DNA of 64,000 nucleotides from a virus. Its lineage: Duplodnaviria > Caudoviricetes. The notes beneath the pieces are model-generated. The model saw nothing but the letters and a program-made list of their open reading frames with translations. It was not told the origin of the DNA and did no database searches. This document shows positions 55,583 to 64,000 of this stretch, in pieces. Every line of letters begins with the position of its first letter. The first letter of the stretch is position 1. The stretch lies in the IMG/VR virus record IMGVR_UViG_3300021400_000095; one strand, given 5' to 3'. The translations under genes and the position numbers were made by a program.

Positions 55583-56014
55583 ATGGATAAAAATTGGCAA
55601 TATTATGGTGTTTTCTTTTCTGATAAAGTAAAGGAACTTTTATATAGGAAAGCAAGTCAATATCTTGACCTTCCTTTTATGTTTGAAAACTATTATTTTG
55701 ATATTGATACATGGAAGAAATATTGTGACCATGTAACAATTGTATATAATGATGGAAACCCTGAAAAACAAAAAATTGCAGAAGGACTTGACCTATTTGT
55801 AGGTAATGAGGCTTCTATGATGGTAACACATTTGGGTGTATCTGATAGAGCAGTTGCTTTTAAAGTTGATTATAAAACAACAAATAAGATTTCACATGTA
55901 ACTGTTGCAGTTGCTCCTGGTGCAAAACCTGTTGAAAGCAATTATATTACTGATTGGGAAGAAATTGATGTTTTTTATATTAGTGGCAAAATTAATAAAG
56001 TTTTAAAGAAATGA
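55583..56014 (+). CDS. 2H phosphoesterase (tRNA-ligase CPDase-like)
   Basis: Two HxT motifs (HVTI, HVTV), KPVESN. Confidence 0.85.
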   Translation: MDKNWQYYGVFFSDKVKELLYRKASQYLDLPFMFENYYFDIDTWKKYCDHVTIVYNDGNPEKQKIAEGLDLFVGNEASMMVTHLGVSDRAVAFKVDYKTTNKISHVTVAVAPGAKPVESNYITDWEEIDVFYISGKINKVLKK

Positions 56015-57273
56015 CAATAAATATCTATAAAGAAATCCTTAAAGAACTAAAGAACATAATTACAGGTACTGAATGGGAAAATCATATTTTTTCTGTTGGT
56101 GGTTGTAATAGGGATTATATTATGGGAAATGAAATTAAAGACATTGATTTTGTTTGTGATTTGCCAAATGGTGGTATTAATTTTGCAAAATGGCTCAAAG
56201 AAAATGAATATGTCAATAATAGCATTGTTGTTTATGAAAATTTTGGAACTGCAATGTTTCATTTAAATAAATTTCCTGATATTGAACTTGAAGTTGTTCA
56301 TACAAGAAAAGAATGTTATCATGATGCAAAGACAAGAAATCCTGAAACTTCTTTTGGCACACTTCTTGAAGATTGGGAAAGAAGGGACTTTACAATTAAT
56401 GCAATATATTACAACATTAGTAAAGGTGAATTTTTAGATTTTAAAGATAGAGGTAAAACTGACATTGAAAAGAAAATAATTAGAACCTGTAGTTTAAACC
56501 CTGATATAGTTTTTACTGAAGACCCTTTAAGAATTCTAAGAATGGTTAGATTTGCTACAAAACTGGGGTTTGAAATTGATAATAATACTTTTAGTAGTGC
56601 TAAAAAGAATACAAACAGGTTATCAATTATTAGTAAAGAAAGGATTCAGGATGAACTTAATAAAATGCTTACTTCTGGTAATGCAGATTATGCAATGAAA
56701 CTTATATATGATTTAGGTGCTGATGAATATATTTTTAATTCAAAAATTGATTGCCCTGAGCAAATAATTAAATCTCTGAAAAACTATAAGTTACTGCCAA
56801 ACTGTGATGTAAAAAATCTTGAAGCCAATTTGACTATTATATATAGTTTCTATCCTGATGTAGAAGATAAAATGAAATATCTCAAATATTCAAATGAAAT
56901 AATTTATTTGGTTATGTTTTATTTTGATTTATTTGATGATATTAATTTATCAAGAATGACACCATCAGGAATTAGAAAAATACAATATAACAGCAAAACA
57001 TTTAATAATTTAATAAATGCCTGTAATATTGCTACTGCTGTCCTTAACACACCAAATGTTAATAAAGTATTGGAAAGCACTAATAAAATGATGAAAGCTG
57101 GCATAGCAATGTTTAATTATAAACTTCCTGTTGATGGAAATGATGTTATGAGAGTGCTTCATATTAAACCATCACCAGTTGTAAAAACAAAATTGGATTT
57201 CCTGTTAAATCAGGCTTTTATTAATCCATTCCTTAGTAAATCTGATTGCGAATTATTGTTAGAACTAAATTAA
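56011..57273 (+). CDS. cca: tRNA nucleotidyltransferase (CCA-adding enzyme, class II)
   Basis: VGGCNRD, DIDF, RRDFTINA, EDPLRILR, SKERI. Confidence 0.9.
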   Translation: MTINIYKEILKELKNIITGTEWENHIFSVGGCNRDYIMGNEIKDIDFVCDLPNGGINFAKWLKENEYVNNSIVVYENFGTAMFHLNKFPDIELEVVHTRKECYHDAKTRNPETSFGTLLEDWERRDFTINAIYYNISKGEFLDFKDRGKTDIEKKIIRTCSLNPDIVFTEDPLRILRMVRFATKLGFEIDNNTFSSAKKNTNRLSIISKERIQDELNKMLTSGNADYAMKLIYDLGADEYIFNSKIDCPEQIIKSLKNYKLLPNCDVKNLEANLTIIYSFYPDVEDKMKYLKYSNEIIYLVMFYFDLFDDINLSRMTPSGIRKIQYNSKTFNNLINACNIATAVLNTPNVNKVLESTNKMMKAGIAMFNYKLPVDGNDVMRVLHIKPSPVVKTKLDFLLNQAFINPFLSKSDCELLLELN

Positions 57274-57441
57274 TAATATTATGACTAGTAATACTAATGA
57301 AACTTTATTAAAAAATACCTATCAAGTTGGAAACTCTGTTTTTAACTCCTATGAAGAAGCATTATGCTATTTAATGAAAGAAAAAAATTATACAACTAAT
57401 GCAACAGAAATAATAATAAATACTGAATACTATTATTGATT

Positions 57442-58662
57442 ATGACTAAATTAACAATTGAATATCTTAGAGAACATAACATGATTGCCTATGAATATAT
57501 TAGAGGGTCACATGCTTATGGCACTAACATTGAAACCTCTGATAAAGATATTGGAGGTGTTTACATTTGTCCAAAGGAAACTCTTGTTGGACTTAGATGC
57601 AATTATGTGGAACAGGTTGCTGATGAAAAAAATGATACTGTTTTCTATGAACTTGGTAGATGGGTTGAACTCCTTATGAAATCAAATCCAACTGCACTTG
57701 AAAGTTTGTTTATACCTGAAGATTGCATCATTGGTAAAATTCATCCAGCAGTACAACATATTCTTGACCATAGAGACCTTTTTGTTACTAAAGAATGCCT
57801 AAATCCTCTATTGGGTTATTCATATTCACAAATTGAAAAAGCAAAGGGTCTTAATAAGAAAATCAATATTCCTGAAGATTTCCAAAGAAAAGATATTCTT
57901 GATTTTTGCTATACTTTTAAGAATCAAGGAAGTCAACCAATTAAAGATTTTCTTAAAGAAAATTATCTTGACCAAAAATATTGTGGTCTTGTAAACATTC
58001 CTAACATGAAAGATGTTTATGGTGTTTACTATGATTGGGCTTCATATTTCAAATTTGAGAACATTGATTGGTATGATGCAAGTTTTCAAAGTGGTGGAAT
58101 TAAATACCCATTTTCAAAGTTCATCAAAGATTTTGAGCATGCATATATTAGAGATAGAATTAATGATAAGGTGTTTTTCCATTATTCTGGAATTGTTCAT
58201 CCTGATGAATTATCAAAGTCAAATGTTGTTAGATTGTCATCCATTCCAAAGGGTGAAAAGCCTATTTGTTTTATGACTTATAATAAAGATGGTTATGAAA
58301 GTCATTGTAAAAAATATAAAGAATGGGTAGATTGGAAAAAACATAGGAATCCTGTAAGGTATGAAAATAATAAAGGACATAACTATGATGCCAAAAATCT
58401 ATGCCATACAATTAGATTAATGACAATGGGTGTTGAACTTGCTGAAGGAAAAGGTTTCAATGTTAGAAGAAGTGGTGAAGATGTAAAGCATCTTCTTGCA
58501 ATTAGAAATCATGAAATGTCATATGATGAAATCATGGAAGAAGCAACCAATTTGAAAAAAATTTTTGATGAGAAAGTAAAAACAACAACTCTTCCTGATA
58601 AAATTGATATTTCTTTAGTTAATAAACTACTTATTGAAAGTAGAAGTATTGCTTATGAATGA
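57442..58662 (+). CDS. Pol-beta superfamily nucleotidyltransferase
   Basis: GSHAYG...SDKD, NPTALE, YDAKNLCHTIRL. Confidence 0.85.
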   Translation: MTKLTIEYLREHNMIAYEYIRGSHAYGTNIETSDKDIGGVYICPKETLVGLRCNYVEQVADEKNDTVFYELGRWVELLMKSNPTALESLFIPEDCIIGKIHPAVQHILDHRDLFVTKECLNPLLGYSYSQIEKAKGLNKKINIPEDFQRKDILDFCYTFKNQGSQPIKDFLKENYLDQKYCGLVNIPNMKDVYGVYYDWASYFKFENIDWYDASFQSGGIKYPFSKFIKDFEHAYIRDRINDKVFFHYSGIVHPDELSKSNVVRLSSIPKGEKPICFMTYNKDGYESHCKKYKEWVDWKKHRNPVRYENNKGHNYDAKNLCHTIRLMTMGVELAEGKGFNVRRSGEDVKHLLAIRNHEMSYDEIMEEATNLKKIFDEKVKTTTLPDKIDISLVNKLLIESRSIAYE

Positions 58663-58831
58663 AAGAAATTCTGATGGTCCAATAATATTTTATGAAGAAA
58701 ATCTTGGTATGTTTTCTGATTGGGGTGACCACATGGTAATGGAAAACAAGTTTATAAATAAAGATTGGTATGATTTTTTTGAAAAAGCAGATGTTGATGA
58801 TTTATTTCCAATAAAAAGGGAGCCTTATTAG
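58655..58831 (+). CDS. Small hypothetical protein
   Basis: 58 aa ORF ending in a terminator hairpin. Confidence 0.5.
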   Translation: MNERNSDGPIIFYEENLGMFSDWGDHMVMENKFINKDWYDFFEKADVDDLFPIKREPY

Positions 58832-58844
58832 GCCCCCTTTTCAT

Positions 58845-59687
58845 TTATAAATTGATTAGTTGTTCATCATCATTTTCTATATCTTCAATGTTATTAATTG
58901 TGAATTTGAAATATCCATGGTCTTTATTTGGTGTTTCAATATATTCATATGTATAATCATCCTTATCTGAAATATCCCAAACAACAAAACCATGTTCTGA
59001 AATGCTCTCACCAAAGTCTTTTTGATTTATTGATGAACAATATACAATTTTTACACCATTCTTTTTAATTTCCTGTTTCTTGTGAATATGGCCAGCAACA
59101 ACAAAATCACAATCTTCAAATATATTTGGGTCAATTCCATTCTCTGTTATGTTCCTTGTTGTTGTAATTGCACCATTAATATCAGCATGAATTAATCCAA
59201 CATATGTTTTATCTTCACCAAATTTAATCCTTGCAAATTGTGTATCAGGTGAATTAAAACCATCAAATGATGACCATAAACACCAAACAACATTGTCATC
59301 CTCAAAACAACCTGATTTATATTTAAGTTCCTTATCAAGATAAATAACATTCTTCATTTTTCCAAGTTCAAAAACAGGTGTTAAGGAATCAACCCTATCT
59401 GTATTGTTCATTAACATATCATGGTTTCCAGCAATGATAATTGTCTTTGTAACTTTACCTAACTCTGTAAGAAACCAATGGGCTGCAAGTATTGATTCAT
59501 TAGTGACATCTATCTTCTTGTGAAAAATATCACCAGCAACAACAATTCTTACATCACCATTATTTTTTTCTTCTTGCACAATTTTACTGCACTGCTTAAT
59601 AAATGTCTTTAAAATCTCCTTAAGGTCTTCAATTCCATTGAAATTTGGAATGTGTATGTCTGCACATGTAATAATCTTTGTTATCAT
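58845..59687 (-). CDS. sbcD: SbcD/Mre11-like nuclease
   Basis: ADIH, AGDIFH, GNHD, GHIH, QKDFGE. Confidence 0.88.
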   Translation of the reverse strand: MITKIITCADIHIPNFNGIEDLKEILKTFIKQCSKIVQEEKNNGDVRIVVAGDIFHKKIDVTNESILAAHWFLTELGKVTKTIIIAGNHDMLMNNTDRVDSLTPVFELGKMKNVIYLDKELKYKSGCFEDDNVVWCLWSSFDGFNSPDTQFARIKFGEDKTYVGLIHADINGAITTTRNITENGIDPNIFEDCDFVVAGHIHKKQEIKKNGVKIVYCSSINQKDFGESISEHGFVVWDISDKDDYTYEYIETPNKDHGYFKFTINNIEDIENDDEQLINL

Positions 59688-59865
59688 AACAATATTTCTT
59701 TTTACAAAAATATAAAAATTTTTAGGAAAAAACAAATTAATAATAATCAATATTTTAATGCTTTAATTTGCATAACTTATTGATTATCCGAAAGTTATTT
59801 GGTTTTTTTTCCACATTTATTTACTATTTATATGTTAGTAAATAATAACAAAAAATACATAAAAT

Positions 59866-61821
59866 ATGAAATATTTACATAGGTTTAAAACCACTGAAGA
59901 TTTCAATCAAGAGTTTCATGGAGATGATTATAAAATTCCTTGGGTATCAGTTATAAGTGCTAATACAGATACTCTACAATATAACAAAACAAAAGAACAA
60001 GAAAAGGAAGAAGAAAGACAAAAAACACCATTGACATTTGAAATACAAAGTGATGGTAATATTATATGGAAAACAAATAGTGCAAGTGCACCAACAAGAA
60101 CAATTGAATATAGTAAGGACAATGGTGAAACATGGACAGAGATTACAAGTGCAACAGGTAATACTGCACCAAGTATCTCAGTAGTTTCTGGAGATACTGT
60201 TCAGTTTAGAGGTGATAATGAAAGTTATAGTGTATCTTCTTATTGTAATTGTTTTAGTGGAAGTACATGCAGTTTTAGTATTAAGGGCAATATAATGAGT
60301 TTAATTAATAGTACAGATTTTGCTACATTAACAACATTAGAAAGTGCATATACATTTGGTTATTTGTTTAGAAATTGTACTGGTTTAACTGATGCAAGTG
60401 AATTACTTTTACCTGCCACAACATTAGCAGATAATTGCTATACAAGTATGTTTTATATTTGTACTAGTTTAACAACTGCACCAGAATTACCTGCTACTAC
60501 TTTAGCAACTTATTGTTATTCTTCTATGTTTGCAGGTTGTACTAGTTTAACAACTGCACCAGAATTACCAGCAACTACTTTAGCATCTTATTGTTATTAT
60601 TATATGTTTGTAGGTTGTATTAGTTTAACAGGAGCACCAGAATTACCAGCAACTACTTTAACAGGAAATTGTTATTCATATATGTTTAATAGATGTACAA
60701 GTTTAGTAAATGCACCTGCATTACCAGCAACTACATTAGCAGGTTATTGTTATACTTGTATGTTTAGTGGTTGTACTAGTTTAACAGGTGTTCCTGTTAA
60801 TTATTTACCTGTTACAACATTAGCAAATAATTGTTATCAAAGTATGTTCCAAAGTTGTACTAGTTTAACAACTGCACCAGAATTACCTGCTGAAACATTA
60901 GCAGGAACTTGTTATTCTAGCATGTTTGCAGGTTGTACTAGTTTAACCACTTCACCAGAATTACCAGCTACTACTTTAGCAACAAGTTGTTATCAAAGTA
61001 TGTTTGCAGGTTGTACAAATTTAACACAAGCACCAGAATTACCAGCAACCACTTTAACAGGAAATTGTTATAATGGTATGTTTAGTGGTTGTACTAGTTT
61101 AACAGGTGTTCCTGTTAATTATTTACCTGTTACAACATTAGCAAATTGGTGTTATACAAGTATGTTTGCAGGTTGTACAAATTTAACACAAGCACCTGAA
61201 TTACCTGCTACTACTTTAGCAACTTATTGTTATTCATATATGTTTAATAGATGTACAAGTTTAGTAAATGCACCTGCATTACCAGCCACCACTTTAAAAG
61301 ATAGTTGTTATGAAGGTATGTTTTATGGTTGTACTAGTTTAACAACAGCACCTGAATTACCTGCTACTACTTTAGCAATTTATTGTTATAATAGTATGTT
61401 TAGAGGTTGTACTAGTTTAACAACAGCACCAGATTTACCAGCAACTACATTAGCAAGTAATTGTTATGGAAGTATGTTTTTTGCTTGTACTAGTTTAACT
61501 ACAGCACCAGAACTACCTGCAACTACATTAGCATCTAGTTGTTATTATGGAATGTTCCAAAATTGTACTAGTTTAACAACAGCACCAGATTTACCAGCCA
61601 CAACATTAGTACAAAGTTGTTATAGAGTAATGTTTAATGGTTGTAGTAATTTAAACTATATTAAATGTCTTGCTACTGATGTATCTGTAACTTACTGTAC
61701 AAATAATTGGGTAACTAATGTTGCATCTTCTGGTACATTTGTTAAAAATTCAGCAATGACAGGATGGACAACAGGTATTAGTGGTATTCCTGCAAACTGG
61801 ACTGTTCAGGATGCAAGTTAA
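59866..61821 (+). CDS. BspA/TpLRR-type leucine-rich repeat protein
   Basis: ~17 23-25-aa repeats; N- and C-caps shared with 8936. Confidence 0.88.
   Translation: MKYLHRFKTTEDFNQEFHGDDYKIPWVSVISANTDTLQYNKTKEQEKEEERQKTPLTFEIQSDGNIIWKTNSASAPTRTIEYSKDNGETWTEITSATGNTAPSISVVSGDTVQFRGDNESYSVSSYCNCFSGSTCSFSIKGNIMSLINSTDFATLTTLESAYTFGYLFRNCTGLTDASELLLPATTLADNCYTSMFYICTSLTTAPELPATTLATYCYSSMFAGCTSLTTAPELPATTLASYCYYYMFVGCISLTGAPELPATTLTGNCYSYMFNRCTSLVNAPALPATTLAGYCYTCMFSGCTSLTGVPVNYLPVTTLANNCYQSMFQSCTSLTTAPELPAETLAGTCYSSMFAGCTSLTTSPELPATTLATSCYQSMFAGCTNLTQAPELPATTLTGNCYNGMFSGCTSLTGVPVNYLPVTTLANWCYTSMFAGCTNLTQAPELPATTLATYCYSYMFNRCTSLVNAPALPATTLKDSCYEGMFYGCTSLTTAPELPATTLAIYCYNSMFRGCTSLTTAPDLPATTLASNCYGSMFFACTSLTTAPELPATTLASSCYYGMFQNCTSLTTAPDLPATTLVQSCYRVMFNGCSNLNYIKCLATDVSVTYCTNNWVTNVASSGTFVKNSAMTGWTTGISGIPANWTVQDAS
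60360..61660 (+). repeat. ~69-bp coding tandem repeat (LRR units)
   Basis: Includes identical blocks, e.g. 60760-60828 = 61078-61146. Confidence 0.85.
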
Positions 61822-61857
61822 TTCTTAAATAAAACTATATCATATAAAAAAAAATTA

Positions 61858-61882
61858 AACCACTGAATTACTCAGTGGTTTT
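61858..61882. terminator. Bidirectional terminator
   Basis: AAACCACTGA-attac-TCAGTGGTTT. Confidence 0.7.
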
Positions 61883-62285
61883 TTATTTTTTCACAAATAA
61901 AATCAGTTATTGCTGATGTTTTGTCATTAATTTCTTCCAGTAAATTTTTCAATGTTTTATTTCTATTATCCAAAGCTGAAACAATATCTTCAAGTTCCAT
62001 AAGGTCAAATATTTCATCCATAATATCTTCATGTCCATATACATAATCAGCAATATCACTACTTGTCATATTATCAAGGACATCAATTTCAAGATTATTG
62101 TTTTCAATTTCAGATACTAAATCAATATCATCATCTTTAACAAACCCAAATTCTTCAGCAATTTCTTGAATTTCATCATAATCAAGTTCACAAACTATTG
62201 ATTTAATAAAATCAACTTTATCCCAAGGGGTTAGGTTATCAATTTTATCAAAAATTTCTTTAAATTCAGGAGAATATTTATCCAT
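61872..62285 (-). CDS. Acidic hypothetical protein
   Basis: 137 aa ORF. Confidence 0.7.
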   Translation of the reverse strand: MDKYSPEFKEIFDKIDNLTPWDKVDFIKSIVCELDYDEIQEIAEEFGFVKDDDIDLVSEIENNNLEIDVLDNMTSSDIADYVYGHEDIMDEIFDLMELEDIVSALDNRNKTLKNLLEEINDKTSAITDFICEKIKNH

Positions 62286-62305
62286 ATGCCAATATATTTT
62301 ATTTA

Positions 62306-62791
62306 TTAAAGTCCTGATTGTGTGCTAAAAAAATGTTTATTTCCACCACCAATAACATGAACATTGCCACTAATTTCCACAATATCAACATCACCTTGAA
62401 AGTCTTCAATTATAGCAGCACACCAAGGATGTTCTTTTATCCACAATTTATTTTTATCAGAAAGTTTATCATATTCAAAAACACCAACTGAACCTGCATC
62501 AGCACAAAACTCACCCAATGTTTTTTCCTTTAGCCATTTTTCTCTAAATTCATGAAATTCATTTGCAAGTTTTTCCTTTTCTTCCTCACTTTTTCCAGTG
62601 AAATTATAAGTGTTGAAAAACTCAAAATATTTTTCATCCCATTGCTTATAATCTTCATTTTCACCAAAAATGCCTGGATATACCATACAAGACCAATCAC
62701 CATAATTAGTGCCTCTATGCATTAAACATGCTTCATATGCATTTTTCAAATAACAAGGGTCTGTAATCACAATTGTTCCTTTTACTTTCAT
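62306..62791 (-). CDS. Conserved-looking phage protein
   Basis: IVITDPCY, YGDWSC, FCADAGSV motifs. Confidence 0.75.
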   Translation of the reverse strand: MKVKGTIVITDPCYLKNAYEACLMHRGTNYGDWSCMVYPGIFGENEDYKQWDEKYFEFFNTYNFTGKSEEEKEKLANEFHEFREKWLKEKTLGEFCADAGSVGVFEYDKLSDKNKLWIKEHPWCAAIIEDFQGDVDIVEISGNVHVIGGGNKHFFSTQSGL

Positions 62792-62828
62792 AATATATAA
62801 AAATTTTATTTTATTTCATATACAAAAA

Positions 62829-63086
62829 TTATACCAAACTAAGTAAAAAACACCAAAATTTTTTAAAGAAATTATTTTTTTCTTCTTTTATTGGTTCAAT
62901 CTTTTCTTTTCTCTTATCTAAATCAAGATTAATTAATGCTTGATGATAATAATCATTATCAATTAATTCAATATCAGCATCATCAAGCCATCCACTATCA
63001 ATCTTTTCTTTCAATTGTTTCTGATTTTCTTTTACAACAATATTAGTTTTAATAATATCACTTTTTAAATCATTAATACTATCCAT
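62829..63086 (-). CDS. Hypothetical protein
   Basis: 85 aa ORF. Confidence 0.6.
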   Translation of the reverse strand: MDSINDLKSDIIKTNIVVKENQKQLKEKIDSGWLDDADIELIDNDYYHQALINLDLDKRKEKIEPIKEEKNNFFKKFWCFLLSLV

Positions 63087-63498
63087 TGTTTATTTCAATT
63101 GTATCATCATTATTTTCCATTTCTTGGCTGTTTACATTTCCTTCAGCAATATTCTCAAAAAATAATTCAATATGATTAATTATCCAAACAATTCCTGATG
63201 TAAAACAACAATCAAATAATAATGCCAACCACCATAAACCTGTTCCTGTAAGAAGTATATTAAATGGTGTAAATGCAACACTTTTGACAAAAAACCAATC
63301 AATCAATGATAATATCCAACCTAAATTTGCTGGAAAACACATCATACAACTGAACATAGTCCCAAAATGCTCAGAAATATTTGAACTAATGCTTCTTATA
63401 TGTTCAAATATATGAAATGGTCCACTACCAAACACTTGCATATTAGACCAACCATAGCATACAATACAATATAAAAATATAATTAAACCATTACTCAT
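63079..63498 (-). CDS. Membrane protein with CxxC (DUF1360-like)
   Basis: IFEHIR...FSCMMC..W, several TM helices. Confidence 0.65.
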   Translation of the reverse strand: MSNGLIIFLYCIVCYGWSNMQVFGSGPFHIFEHIRSISSNISEHFGTMFSCMMCFPANLGWILSLIDWFFVKSVAFTPFNILLTGTGLWWLALLFDCCFTSGIVWIINHIELFFENIAEGNVNSQEMENNDDTIEINNG

Positions 63499-63508
63499 AA
63501 AATACTAT

Positions 63509-63829
63509 TTAAAGCCAATTTTCAAATAAAGGAGTTACCCTTGGTGCACTTCTCCAATTATTTATTTCTTCTTTTGTTATTAAACCATTTTGATAATCAA
63601 ACTCTCTTGCCAAATTTTTTAAAGCACCAATTAAATAATTGCCACCATCAAGTTCATTTAAATCCTGACCACCACTATTTGGTCCTATCCCAATCCTAAC
63701 AGTATGATATTGGCCATTACTGTTCATAATACAAACATTGATGTCACCATCATGACCAACATTGATTTTCAGTTCATTTCCTGAACCATCCAAATCTTTT
63801 AAAACAAAATCATTATAAGCATTATTCAT
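63509..63829 (-). CDS. Hypothetical protein
   Basis: 106 aa ORF. Confidence 0.7.
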   Translation of the reverse strand: MNNAYNDFVLKDLDGSGNELKINVGHDGDINVCIMNSNGQYHTVRIGIGPNSGGQDLNELDGGNYLIGALKNLAREFDYQNGLITKEEINNWRSAPRVTPLFENWL

Positions 63830-64000
63830 TTTTCTTAAACTTTTTATTGAATTGATTTTTCATGTTATTAATCATTTCATTAAATGCTAATTCAAATTCT
63901 TCCTTGGTTATGATTTTAATCTTATCTATTTCTTCTTTAAACTCTTTCTCTGAATTATTAGAAATGGTAAATTCTTTCATAAAATCAAACTCACACCAAG

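Noticed and set aside
59866-61821. Diversity-generating retroelement target or CRISPR in the 69-bp repeats
   Set aside because: Repeats are in-frame LRR units; no reverse transcriptase and no template/variable pair with adenine-only differences was seen.
1-64000. Genome-wide TAG-to-Gln recoding as in Lak phages
   Set aside because: Long genes are intact in the standard code, coding density is high, and a few genes end plausibly at TAG.

Overview
A 64 kb, very AT-rich, gene-dense segment of a jumbo phage. The host is probably a Bacteroidota, based on repeated TAnnTTTG host-type promoters and a Bacteroidota-style tmRNA resume context. It uses the standard genetic code and almost completely avoids CpG. 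Proteins include DnaJ, ClpP, two sigma-70-family factors, two DNA methyltransferases, SbcC/SbcD, a RuvC-like nuclease, primase, a fused DHFR-thymidylate synthase, a vWA + divergent PurA module, two BspA-type LRR proteins, probable head-internal proteins and an RNA-repair/translation-rescue kit (RNA ligase, HD-kinase, 2H phosphoesterase, HAD phosphatase, CCA enzyme, PTH2-like, Yqey). The centre (about 28.3-37.9 kb) is a ~10 kb RNA island with about 27 conventional tRNAs, tmRNA, a group I intron in tRNA-Arg(UCU), several interrupted or nested tRNA-like genes and many unassigned structured RNAs. The most novel-looking system is a family of eight RNAs sharing a covarying closing stem plus CAGCAA and displaying interchangeable tRNA parts (Pro, Lys, Tyr and amber anticodon loops; T arms). 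Two members are circular permutations of each other, in a Y-RNA/YrlA-like layout. The island is preceded by an attenuator-like leader peptide containing all 20 amino acids and carries sigma-54-type promoters. Together these suggest an inducible system that senses tRNA damage and responds with decoys, replacement tRNAs and repair. All structures were read by eye; no searches or folding programs were run.
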